Origin: Actinomycetes bacterium
GTDB lineage: Bacteria; Actinomycetota; Acidimicrobiia; Acidimicrobiales; SZUA-35
DNA: 64,000 bases
Direction of reading: 5' to 3'
Assembly: GCA_024276425.1 (NCBI GenBank)
Contig: JAJRXF010000054.1
Coordinates: 1,401-65,400, forward strand
The notes beneath the pieces were generated by a model that was not told the origin of the DNA, ran no database searches, and saw nothing but the letters and a program-made list of their open reading frames with translations. This document shows positions 47,255-56,081 of this stretch, piece by piece. The position numbers and the translations under genes are program-made. Numbering within the stretch: position 1 is the first letter of the stretch; the number at the start of each line of letters is the position of its first letter.

Positions 47255-48919
47255 TCAGCCAGCCTTGTTGAAGTACTCTTCGCTGCTGGCCAAATAGGCG
47301 GCCAATGCGAGGTCATCGCCGGAATTCAACACCTCGGCCCAATAGGCGAGACCTCCGCTATCTGGACCTCGTCCGAGGAACTTGACATATAGCGAACGGA
47401 CCCGGGCCCGTCGACTCTCGTCCGATTGGTAGAAGTCGTACGCTACATCACCGGATCCTCGAACTTCGGCTTGACGGACCCAGAAACCCAACCCGGATCC
47501 ATCAGGATTCCGGTTCATTAGCTCCAGGTACAAATCCGTGAGCCACTCCGACCAGGACCCACCTTCGGCCGATACATACTCGGGACTGCCATAGAACTGA
47601 GAGGCTGCAGCGGCCACCGAGGTTCCGGTTCGCAGGCGATCGGCCCAGTAGATAGCACCGGCGGGGTCAGCACTACGGCCGAGAGTGTCTTGGTAGAGAT
47701 TCTGTACAACGACGGTCGTCCACTCTGTGCTTGTGGCCAACGTGTTCACGAAGTCCAGCCTGCTCGTCCCCGAGTTCAACCGGGCCCTCCATTGGTTGAA
47801 CTCGGACTCACTGGGCGACCGACCAAGGAAGTCCTGGAAGGCCTGGGTGATATAGGCATCGAAGGTCCTTGGCAGTTCCTGGCCGATGATGATTGTCTCA
47901 TAGCTGAAGCTGGTCACTCCCCCACCAGTTCCAACATTGTTGACAGAAACGGTCACCACCGTGTCGAAGGCTGGTGTGGTGTCAAGGGATGGCGCATTCC
48001 ACACCATGATGGGGAAAGGCGCCCCATTCCCACCACCCGATCGATACTCAATGTTGACAGGGATTGATTGCCCCCCGACGGACATAGTCACATTGGCCGA
48101 ACCAAAGTCGGCGTTGCGCAAACCCACCGACCAGCGGTCATAAACAACTTCGCTTGGGACATACCCTGCATTGGGCCACGCCACAAACCCAGCCTGCTCC
48201 CGCAACTCCGGCTGAGGACCAAAAACGATGCTTGCGTCCTCTATGACAAACAGGGTATTAGAGGCCCACCCTCCATCACCGGGGATATCGCCCGTTCCCA
48301 ACTCGGTTGAAGTCGGGTGCAGGATCCAGTTGCGGTGGCCGACGCTGGCGTTGTTCGAGCCCGGATCTTGAACATAGCCGGTAATGGCATCCGGCCCCGT
48401 GCGCCCAAGATAGAGGTTGCTCTTGCCCGACGCAGCAGCACCATCCGGTGTGACACACAGGTAGGAACTGTCAGGGCTGTGACTCAGCCGACCGGACTCA
48501 CTCATGGTCAAGGCAGATTCCTGCGCCATGGCCGACATGGCAAGATTTTCGGTGATGATGGCAGGCACCCCGGCCATACTGCGGAACCAATTCACCCGAT
48601 CAATGATTGAGTCGCGATAGGCCTGACTGGTCGTTCCGGCATTGCAAGACTCACGGTTCCCGGTCCAGCCCGGATCAACCGGCGCCTTGCTGAACTCGGC
48701 GTTGTAGCTGGCGATTACCGCTGCTCGATCCGACGTGTCGAGCCAGGGGCCCGCAGTGGAAGAGGCTTGTGGTACCGCGGCCGCAGCCGTTGGAACAGTG
48801 GCGGGTACTGCAACCGGGGCAACAACGGCGAGGGAGAGTGTACTTACCGCTGAGGCAAGGAAGAACCGACGCGCGGGAGATGCCGAGGAGGTGGCTTTCT
48901 TGGAGGCTGAGTCGAACAC
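47255..48919 (-). CDS. Secreted protein: Tat-like signal, CAP/SCP-like domain, beta-rich middle, three DUF4214-like repeats
   Basis: 554-aa ORF. SPARRFFLASAV signal. The SCP-like region is my recognition only, with no diagnostic motif seen. Three repeats follow the pattern FLGR.PD..G...W...L. Confidence 0.65.
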   Translation of the reverse strand: MFDSASKKATSSASPARRFFLASAVSTLSLAVVAPVAVPATVPTAAAAVPQASSTAGPWLDTSDRAAVIASYNAEFSKAPVDPGWTGNRESCNAGTTSQAYRDSIIDRVNWFRSMAGVPAIITENLAMSAMAQESALTMSESGRLSHSPDSSYLCVTPDGAAASGKSNLYLGRTGPDAITGYVQDPGSNNASVGHRNWILHPTSTELGTGDIPGDGGWASNTLFVIEDASIVFGPQPELREQAGFVAWPNAGYVPSEVVYDRWSVGLRNADFGSANVTMSVGGQSIPVNIEYRSGGGNGAPFPIMVWNAPSLDTTPAFDTVVTVSVNNVGTGGGVTSFSYETIIIGQELPRTFDAYITQAFQDFLGRSPSESEFNQWRARLNSGTSRLDFVNTLATSTEWTTVVVQNLYQDTLGRSADPAGAIYWADRLRTGTSVAAAASQFYGSPEYVSAEGGSWSEWLTDLYLELMNRNPDGSGLGFWVRQAEVRGSGDVAYDFYQSDESRRARVRSLYVKFLGRGPDSGGLAYWAEVLNSGDDLALAAYLASSEEYFNKAG

Positions 48920-49014
48920 GAATAGTGCTTCGACCCTGACCCCGATTTCCTTGACCCCTCAAACCCAGCGATCAATAGGAATTTTCGAGCTCAAGTCGCT
49001 CTAGCCCAGCCATT

Positions 49015-49035
49015 AGTGGGGCCACAGACCCCACT
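49015..49035 (-). terminator. Hairpin downstream of nusB
   Basis: AGTGGGG-ccacaga-CCCCACT, a 7-bp stem with no U-tract. Confidence 0.3.
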
Positions 49036-49090
49036 GGGCCATATGGACCATTTCTCCTGAAAGGCTAATTTACCCAAGGAAACCGTGCGC

Positions 49091-49501
49091 TCATTCGGCT
49101 ATGTCACGAGCGATCGCCCCCAGCACCCCATTGACGAATCGTCCCGACTCCTCCGTCGAATAGCGGCTGGCAAGATTCACGGCCTCGGAGAGTACAACTC
49201 CAACAGGGGTATCGGTGGTCAACATTTCTGCCACCGATATCTCCATAACGAGTCGATCGATAGTCGGCATGCGGTCCAGGGACCAGCCAGTAGCCCTCCC
49301 AGAAATCAACGCCCGTACCTCGTCCCGATGGGCCCGGACTGCAAGCAACAGCAGTTCGGCAAAGGGCTCGGCGGGGATCGTGAGCGAATCCAAAAGCTCC
49401 TGGATCTCACACTCTCGGGAGTCGGCCTCATAGGCCAACTCGATCGCTCGTTCGCGAGCTTGGCGTCGGCTGCCGACGCCGCCAAATTGAGGACCGCTCA
49501 C
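49091..49501 (-). CDS. nusB: Transcription antitermination factor NusB
   Basis: 136-aa ORF (RERAIELAYEAD, A.NLASRYS-like, FVNGVLG). Confidence 0.93.
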   Translation of the reverse strand: MSGPQFGGVGSRRQARERAIELAYEADSRECEIQELLDSLTIPAEPFAELLLLAVRAHRDEVRALISGRATGWSLDRMPTIDRLVMEISVAEMLTTDTPVGVVLSEAVNLASRYSTEESGRFVNGVLGAIARDIAE

Positions 49502-50058
49502 GCTCTCGTCAGGTATTCACCCGTTCGGGTATCCACCTTGACGCGGCCGCCGGGCTCGACAAAGAGCGGCACCTGGATAACTAACCCCGTTTCTAACGTC
49601 GCAGGCTTGCGGGCGCCAGAAACGCGATCCCCCTGGAGTCCTGGTTCGGTCTCCGCCACCGCCAATTCTACCGAAGCCGGAAGATCAGTCCCTATGACCT
49701 CGTCGCCGAACATGAGCAAGGTCACCGTTGCGCCCTCAACAAGATAGTTTGCGGCATCACCCATGGAAATCTCGCTGACGTTGGTTTGTTCATATGTCTC
49801 GTTGTCCATGACAACAAAGTCCGTCGCCTCGCGATAGAGGAACTGATATTGCTTCTTGTCAATAAAGGCGCGTTCGACCCGCTCACCAGCCCGAAATGTT
49901 CGATCCACCACCGCACCAGTTCGCACATTACGAAGAGTGGTTCGAACAAAGGCACCGCCCTTACCCGGCTTCACGTGCTGAAACTCCACTATTTGGAGGA
50001 GGTCACCGGAGATCTCCAATGTCATGCCGTTCTTTAGATCATTCGTGGTGATGGCCAT
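49498..50058 (-). CDS. efp: Elongation factor P
   Basis: ORF 49498..50115. ATG 50058 (MAITTNDLKNGMTLEI) is preceded by GAGGAG. Contains KPGKGGAFVRT. Confidence 0.95.
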   Translation of the reverse strand: MAITTNDLKNGMTLEISGDLLQIVEFQHVKPGKGGAFVRTTLRNVRTGAVVDRTFRAGERVERAFIDKKQYQFLYREATDFVVMDNETYEQTNVSEISMGDAANYLVEGATVTLLMFGDEVIGTDLPASVELAVAETEPGLQGDRVSGARKPATLETGLVIQVPLFVEPGGRVKVDTRTGEYLTRA

Positions 50059-50068
50059 AGGTGGCTCC

Positions 50069-51202
50069 TCAGGGGGTAAGCCCTTTGGGGGCGTGAGTAA
50101 TTGGTTGACAGCCACCGCTGGTTACCACCACCGAGTCCTCCACCCGCACTCCTCCGAATCCGGGAAGATACGCGCCAGGCTCGACGGTCACGATGAGGCC
50201 AGTACGCAGGGTACCGACCGATCGACTGGACAGCATGGGCTGTTCGTGGATCTCCAGCCCAAGGCTGTGCCCAGTACCATGGATAAAGGCCTCGCCATAT
50301 CCGCGGTCCTCCAATACCGAGCGGCAGACCGAATCAACCTCAGCGAGTCGAACCCCCTCAGCGATGCAACCAACCCCCGCAGCCTGAGCGTCGGCCACCG
50401 CCTCATAGAGGCGGGTCTGATCGTGGCTTGGATCACCGCCGACAACATATGTTCGGGTCATGTCACTGCCGTAACCGTCGACCTTTGCACCAAAATCAAC
50501 AACAACGAGATCTCCTCGGTTAAAGCTTCGCTCACCCGGCCGATGATGAGGAATGGCGCTGTTTTCACCCGAAGCGACAATAGTCGCAAAGCTGACGTCT
50601 TCAGCGCCCAGCAGCCTCATGCGATGATCCAATTCCGCTGCAAATGTGCGTTCGGTGATGCCCGGAACGAGGAACTCAAGTTGCTCGCGCAAAGCATGAT
50701 CGGCGATCTTGGCTGCCAACTCTAAGCGTTCGCGCTCCGCTGGCTCCTTCACCTGGCGGAGACCATCGATCAGGCCTGGCTGAGCTTGCAGCTGCGCCCC
50801 GGGGAGGGCTGCAGCTAAGCGTTCGTACCGCTGGGTGGTGAGATCATCAGATTCGAACCCCACCCGCTTCGTCGTGAGCTCGCTCACCCAGCGCCCACTA
50901 AGAGCCGACTCGGGCTGCCCACTCACCGTTGCGATCTCGACCAGCCCGCCCAGCCCCCCAGCCGCAAGCTCGGCCGACGCCTGGCTGCCATATCGGCCAT
51001 CACTAATGAGCAGGACACACTCATCCCGAACCAATAGTTGGCCATTGGAACCCGTAAAGCCACAGACCCAGCGAACATTGACCGCCTTCGTCACCCACAG
51101 TGCGTCAAGCCCGGTTTCGGTAAGCTCTCGTCGCAGCTTCTCAAGGCGTGGCCCATGATCGATGGGAACAAGATCACCTTCGTCGGCCAAACCATTGCTC
51201 AT
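50069..51202 (-). CDS. Xaa-Pro aminopeptidase/dipeptidase (M24B)
   Basis: 377-aa ORF with metal ligands in VVDFGA..DGYGSDMTRT, HGTGHSLGLEIHE, EPG. Confidence 0.9.
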   Translation of the reverse strand: MSNGLADEGDLVPIDHGPRLEKLRRELTETGLDALWVTKAVNVRWVCGFTGSNGQLLVRDECVLLISDGRYGSQASAELAAGGLGGLVEIATVSGQPESALSGRWVSELTTKRVGFESDDLTTQRYERLAAALPGAQLQAQPGLIDGLRQVKEPAERERLELAAKIADHALREQLEFLVPGITERTFAAELDHRMRLLGAEDVSFATIVASGENSAIPHHRPGERSFNRGDLVVVDFGAKVDGYGSDMTRTYVVGGDPSHDQTRLYEAVADAQAAGVGCIAEGVRLAEVDSVCRSVLEDRGYGEAFIHGTGHSLGLEIHEQPMLSSRSVGTLRTGLIVTVEPGAYLPGFGGVRVEDSVVVTSGGCQPITHAPKGLTP

Positions 51203-51672
51203 GAACGCAAAGCCGAAATTGCGGCCTCGACCGCAATTCGGTAGCCATCACCGCCGAAGCCGAGCACTGAGCCGGTTGCAACCGGAGCAACAACCGAAAC
51301 ATGACGCCACGGCTCCCTGGCGTTTGGATTGGAGATGTGGAGTTCCACGATAACTCCCTCGAAGGCCGCCAGCGCATCGTGCAGTGACCAGGCGTAGTGG
51401 GTTAAGGCCCCGGGATTGATCACGATGGCCTCAACAGTGCCTCGCGCCTGTTGGATCTCATCGACCAGAACACCCTCGGTATTTGACTGAACATGCAGCA
51501 GTTTCGCTCCCGCAGCTTGCGCTGTCCTTCTGGCCAGGTCCACCAGATCATCCAGGCTCGACGAACCATAAATCTCCGGTTGTCGGTCACCCAACAGGTT
51601 CAAATTTGGTCCAGACAAAAGCAGGATGGTTTCGTCTTGGGCCGTGGGAATACCTTGGGTCGTGAGTGTCAT
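51199..51672 (-). CDS. aroQ: Type II 3-dehydroquinate dehydratase
   Basis: 157-aa ORF (LLLSGPNLNLLG, INPGALTHY, VELHISN). Confidence 0.95.
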   Translation of the reverse strand: MTLTTQGIPTAQDETILLLSGPNLNLLGDRQPEIYGSSSLDDLVDLARRTAQAAGAKLLHVQSNTEGVLVDEIQQARGTVEAIVINPGALTHYAWSLHDALAAFEGVIVELHISNPNAREPWRHVSVVAPVATGSVLGFGGDGYRIAVEAAISALRS

Positions 51673-51688
51673 ACTTTTTCCTCAATCA

Positions 51689-53464
51689 TCAGCCGTTCAT
51701 GCGATCCAGGCAAGCGAGTAAGAGTTCCACATCTGCAACTGGCACGCTCTCCAAACCTGAGTCACCATCTAGGACCAAGGTGATTCCAGTGGCCGCCTTT
51801 TTGTCTCGACCAAACAACTCGATGATCTCAAGCGGGTCTAATCCCTCAGGCACAGTACAAGCCAGGTCATAGCCGCCAACCACTGCCCGGTGCTCGGCGA
51901 CACGCTCCTCGGAGATGCGCCCAAGGGCTCGGGCCACCTCGGCGGCGTAGACCAACCCGATCGCTACCCCTTCGCCATGGCGAATCTGATAGTGACCATC
52001 GGAGTGCCGAGCCGAAATTGTTTCCAACGCGTGCCCAAGGGTGTGTCCATAATTGAGGATCGCCCGCCGACCCCCTTCCCGTTCATCTTCCCCCACCACG
52101 TCGGCCTTGATCCGAACACAGGCCGCCACTCTGTCGGGAAGCTCAAGCTCGGCCAGGTTCGTCCCTCCAATGAAGTGATACTTGGCCAGTTCTCCAAGCC
52201 CGCTGCGGAACTCCTCGCCCGGCAAGCTAGCGAGCGTTTCAGTATCGCAAATCACTGCTGTTGGTTGCCAGAAGGCGCCGACAAGGTTCTTTCCCTCCTC
52301 AAGATTGACTCCACACTTGCCGCCAATCGAGGCGTCGATCTGACCAAGCAGCGTGGTCGAAACATGAATGACACGAATTCCTCGATGGTAAGAGGCGGCA
52401 ACAAAGCCGCCGAGATCGGTAACGACCCCTCCTCCGACGGCGACCACAAGGTCTTTCCTTGTCATGCCCCATCGAGCGAAAGAGCGGGCGAGATCCTCAA
52501 CCACCGAAAGCCGTTTGGCCCGCTCTCCTGGCTCAACCATGAAGACCTGATGATCCATGCCAGGGTCGACCGCAACATCAATACCAGGCTGGGTCACAAT
52601 AGCGACCTTGCCGACATCGGGCGGGATGAGCGATGCCAGTTTGTGCCGGGCACCGTTTCCGACCACAACTGGGTAGCTACGCCCCTGGCCCAGTCGTACT
52701 TCTTCCACAATCAGGGCTTCTTCCATGATCACTGGATCAATCGCTTTCTCTGCTGGTCGCTTGACCGATGGTGACACGACGCCCGACCCGGCGTCGCGAG
52801 AACTCGAGGACTCGGCCGAACCTAACATCACTGCTCGGCAATCGGGTTGGGGGGGCGCAGGTCGCTTGGAGGTGATGGTTTCGACTAGATCGCTCACCAC
52901 GGTCATGACTGAGGCCTTCTCGGTACAAATCGACAGCTCGGCAACCTCTTCGTACCAGGAATTGCGCTGGGACAAGAGTTCAGTCAATACACCTTGAGGA
53001 TCCCCAGCCAGAAGTGGGCGATCGGAGTTGTGGGAAACGCGCCCGACGAGTTCCTCAATACTGGCTTGAAGCCAGATCACCAAGGGTCCGGGTTCGGTTT
53101 CGCTTGTACCAACGCCGCGTCTCATTAGCTGCCGATTCTGAGCAGATACAACGGCCCCTCCCCCGGTTGAAATTACCAAATCTGGTCCCCTCGCTAGGCA
53201 TTCCCGCAATGCTCGATTTTCCAACTTCCGGAAACCGGACTCACCCTTGTCTCGAAAGATCTCAGCTATGGAACGGCCAGTCTTGGCCACGATGTAGCGG
53301 TCAAGGTCAACAAAGGAGCGCTCCAGGTGATGAGCAAGGCGAGCCCCGATGGTCGTCTTGCCAACTCCAGTCATGCCAACAACCACCACACATCGCTCCT
53401 GCCAGGGGATGTGATTGCTGGAATCGGACTCGATCGGCACAGATGGCAAGACTACCCCAGCCAA
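51689..53464 (-). CDS. aroKB: In-frame fusion: shikimate kinase (N) plus 3-dehydroquinate synthase (C)
   Basis: ORF 51689..53581. The first plausible starts after the upstream stop are TTG 53464, TTG 53449 and GTG 53440. Kinase P-loop GMTGVGKTT and STGGG. About 50-aa Ser/Pro-rich linker with no stop. DHQS motifs GGGVVTDLGGF, LNYGHTLGHALE. Confidence 0.85.
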   Translation of the reverse strand: MAGVVLPSVPIESDSSNHIPWQERCVVVVGMTGVGKTTIGARLAHHLERSFVDLDRYIVAKTGRSIAEIFRDKGESGFRKLENRALRECLARGPDLVISTGGGAVVSAQNRQLMRRGVGTSETEPGPLVIWLQASIEELVGRVSHNSDRPLLAGDPQGVLTELLSQRNSWYEEVAELSICTEKASVMTVVSDLVETITSKRPAPPQPDCRAVMLGSAESSSSRDAGSGVVSPSVKRPAEKAIDPVIMEEALIVEEVRLGQGRSYPVVVGNGARHKLASLIPPDVGKVAIVTQPGIDVAVDPGMDHQVFMVEPGERAKRLSVVEDLARSFARWGMTRKDLVVAVGGGVVTDLGGFVAASYHRGIRVIHVSTTLLGQIDASIGGKCGVNLEEGKNLVGAFWQPTAVICDTETLASLPGEEFRSGLGELAKYHFIGGTNLAELELPDRVAACVRIKADVVGEDEREGGRRAILNYGHTLGHALETISARHSDGHYQIRHGEGVAIGLVYAAEVARALGRISEERVAEHRAVVGGYDLACTVPEGLDPLEIIELFGRDKKAATGITLVLDGDSGLESVPVADVELLLACLDRMNG

Positions 53465-53489
53465 TGGTCGGGTCGAACCGCCTGTCTGG

Positions 53490-54248
53490 TTACAGGGCGA
53501 TGACCTGGTCCGATAAGGCGACAACCAGAATGGTTCCCACCACCAGACCGGGACCCATTGGAATCTCCGCCTTGGCTCCAAGAACCTTCAGACCACGAAG
53601 CCCTAGACCGACAAGCCCCGCTCCAAGGAGGCCAGCAATGAGGGCATAAAGCGCCAGGCGTGCAGCCAGAAGCGGGCTCGTGGTCAACCAACCAAGGAAA
53701 AGTCCGAGGGTCGGCGCCAACTTGGCATCGCCCAGCCCCATTCCGGGGGGATAGACAACAAAGGCCAACAAGATCGCGCCCCCGAACACCAGCGCGCCAA
53801 TGAGAGCGGGCCAAATCCCGGCCTCATATCCCTGTGGTCCACTCATCGTGAGCACGGCAAACAACCCAACGGCAAATGCTGGATAGGTCAAAATGTTGAC
53901 CAGTAGATGAGTCTCGATGTCGATTACGGACAACACAACCATGACCGCAAAGAATCCCAGGTAGGGAAGCAGCATCCAACCGGTGCCAAAGCGCCAGGCC
54001 GCTAAGGAGAAGGTGGCGGCTGTAGCGACGTCAACGAGTGGGTAACGCCAGTTTCGGTGTTCTGGATCTGCTGAGCACTTTTGAAACCAGTGCAGGACAG
54101 GAACAACAGATAGCGCTCCCAGGTCGGCCGAACACTGCTGGCAACGATGCGAGAGCACCAGTCGCTCTCGTTCGACAGCTCGGTCGACGACGATCCCAAG
54201 TAGGGGGCCGACCAGCAGACCAACCAGACCAAGGGCAAGGACGAGCAC
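53490..54248 (-). CDS. Prepilin peptidase (A24 family aspartic protease)
   Basis: ORF 53490..54557. GTG 54248 lies just after the upstream stop. Cys-rich N-terminal box (HRCQQCSADL..KCSAD), catalytic Asp motifs VIDIETHLL and GMGLGDAKL, polytopic. Confidence 0.85.
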   Translation of the reverse strand: MLVLALGLVGLLVGPLLGIVVDRAVERERLVLSHRCQQCSADLGALSVVPVLHWFQKCSADPEHRNWRYPLVDVATAATFSLAAWRFGTGWMLLPYLGFFAVMVVLSVIDIETHLLVNILTYPAFAVGLFAVLTMSGPQGYEAGIWPALIGALVFGGAILLAFVVYPPGMGLGDAKLAPTLGLFLGWLTTSPLLAARLALYALIAGLLGAGLVGLGLRGLKVLGAKAEIPMGPGLVVGTILVVALSDQVIAL

Positions 54249-54252
54249 GGCC

Positions 54253-55101
54253 CTAGTGATCGCTCTGCAGGTACCGCATGAGAACGCTCTCGCCCTCATC
54301 CTTCGGTCCAACCAGGGACTCATCCAGCAACTCGCCATTTTCGAACGGGGAGTTCTGAGCCAAGTCGGAAGAGAATGACTGAATTTCAGCCGGAGAAGGG
54401 GGTGCTGGCATCGGTGGACGCTCGTCGGCCAGATCCGCTGATTGACCAATCGTTGTAAGATCAGAAGCCATCGACAAACTTGGGCTAGCCGCGTCTGGCT
54501 GTTGCTTTTGCCCCACGGTTGTGTCCTCATCAGAGGTGGCGACAGCTTCGCTGCCATCGGGATCGGAGATCAAGAGCATTCCGCGCTCGACCATCTGCTT
54601 GATCCGACGGCACCCATCAACCTCATCGACGCCAAGCTGATCACAAATCGGCTCCACCGCGGCTTCATTGCCGACCGCGAGCAGGGTCTGCCATTCATCA
54701 CTGCTAACCAGAATTTCCTCTTCGGGCAAACGTCCGGCAAGACGCACGATGTGGGCCAGGGACGGTACGACGCTCTCGATGTCGCGCCACTCAGCCAAAC
54801 GATTCTGAGCGATCTCGACAACACTGCTGACCTGCTCGGCACTTCCCGGCTGAGCTGGTACATCATCGACCATGAAGGAGAAGGTTCCTTCGTCAAAGCG
54901 CAGCATCTCGAACATGACATCTTCGACCCCGGTCTTGCCGGGGATTTTGCTTGCCTCAGCCGCGGTCAATCCGCCTTGGTCTAACCAGAGCGAGCCAGTG
55001 CCTCGGTCACCAGACAGACGGAGCCGCCCAGATTTCGAGGTGGACGCCAGCAACCCGAGTACCTCGTCGAGCGCAAAATCGTCCAGTGATCCCTGAAGCA
55101 T
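54253..55101 (-). CDS. DUF4388 (PATAN) domain protein with acidic, disordered C-terminus
   Basis: 282-aa ORF. The N-terminus MLQGSLDDFALDEVLGLLASTSKSGRLRLSGDRGTGSLWLDQGGL matches the DUF4388 pattern. The middle region resembles a small winged-helix-like module. Confidence 0.6.
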   Translation of the reverse strand: MLQGSLDDFALDEVLGLLASTSKSGRLRLSGDRGTGSLWLDQGGLTAAEASKIPGKTGVEDVMFEMLRFDEGTFSFMVDDVPAQPGSAEQVSSVVEIAQNRLAEWRDIESVVPSLAHIVRLAGRLPEEEILVSSDEWQTLLAVGNEAAVEPICDQLGVDEVDGCRRIKQMVERGMLLISDPDGSEAVATSDEDTTVGQKQQPDAASPSLSMASDLTTIGQSADLADERPPMPAPPSPAEIQSFSSDLAQNSPFENGELLDESLVGPKDEGESVLMRYLQSDH

Positions 55102-55216
55102 GAATTCAGTCCTTCTCTTTGTCCGCTGGTCCGGTGACGCAGCACCTTCTTCTCACCCATTCCCATCGGCGGATGAGACCTCGATATGAGCGCGCGGGCG
55201 AACAAGCATGTCTGGT

Positions 55217-56077
55217 CTAACAAACGCGTCGCTCGTGATGAGCTAGTGCGAGGCTGGCCGCCCTGGTCATGGCATCAAGTGGTGCGGCCACTCCGGTGAA
55301 ACGTTCGAAGGATGCCGCGGCCTGGTGGACGAGCATTCCGAGCCCTCCAAGAGTCTTGGCTCCGACGTTTTCGGCCGCTTCCAGCAGGCCGGTCCGATGA
55401 GGTTGATAGACAATGTCAGCCACGATCTGGGTCGACCGAAGGTGTGCGGGGTCTAGTGGAAGTGACCGATCGACCCCCATCCCGACCGAGGTGGCATTGA
55501 TGACCAGGTCGGCCATCGAAACCATGTCGGCTGAAGCCACTTCGGCCGCACTACTCAGACCCGCGGCCACACGAGCGGCCTCGGGGGTGCGGTTCATGAC
55601 GAATATCCGTTCGGCCCCGTGCCGGGAGAGAGCATCAATAATGGCCCGGGCCGCGCCGCCCGCGCCAAGGACTGCCACACACATCCCCTCCGGGGAGACC
55701 CCATGTTCGGCCTCTAAGGAAGCCACGAAACCATCTCCGTCGGTGTTGTCGCCCACCAACGTGGAACCGCTCCAGTACACACAATTGCAAGCATCCAGTT
55801 TGTGCACCACCGCCGTCTTGGTTTCGATCGCGGCTGCTATCTCCGCCTTGAGCGGCATGGTCACGTTCAGGCCCGCAATTTTCAGCGTCCGCATGGCTTC
55901 CAGGGCAGCACCGCCGCCGCCAGCCTGCACCCCGAAAGCAACATAGGCCCAATCCAGACCCAACTCGGCAAAGGCTGCGTTGTGGATTCGGGGTGAGAGG
56001 CTGTGCTGGACGGGGTCACCAATAACGGCGACCACCTTGGTCCCAGCAGTAATCGGCCGACCATTGGCGGGTGCCAT
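55217..56077 (-). CDS. aroE: Shikimate dehydrogenase
   Basis: ORF 55217..56359. ATG 56077 lies just after the mltG stop. Motifs VIGDPVQHSLSPRIHNAAF, NVTMPLK, GAGGAARA. Confidence 0.9.
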   Translation of the reverse strand: MAPANGRPITAGTKVVAVIGDPVQHSLSPRIHNAAFAELGLDWAYVAFGVQAGGGGAALEAMRTLKIAGLNVTMPLKAEIAAAIETKTAVVHKLDACNCVYWSGSTLVGDNTDGDGFVASLEAEHGVSPEGMCVAVLGAGGAARAIIDALSRHGAERIFVMNRTPEAARVAAGLSSAAEVASADMVSMADLVINATSVGMGVDRSLPLDPAHLRSTQIVADIVYQPHRTGLLEAAENVGAKTLGGLGMLVHQAAASFERFTGVAAPLDAMTRAASLALAHHERRVC

Positions 56078-56081
56078 AGGC

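Noticed and set aside
50024-50725. 233-aa plus-strand ORF antisense to the M24 aminopeptidase and the efp start
   Set aside because: A shadow ORF with no family resemblance.
51890-52774. 294-aa plus-strand ORF antisense to the aroB portion of the fusion gene
   Set aside because: A shadow ORF with no recognisable motifs that overlaps a confident gene.
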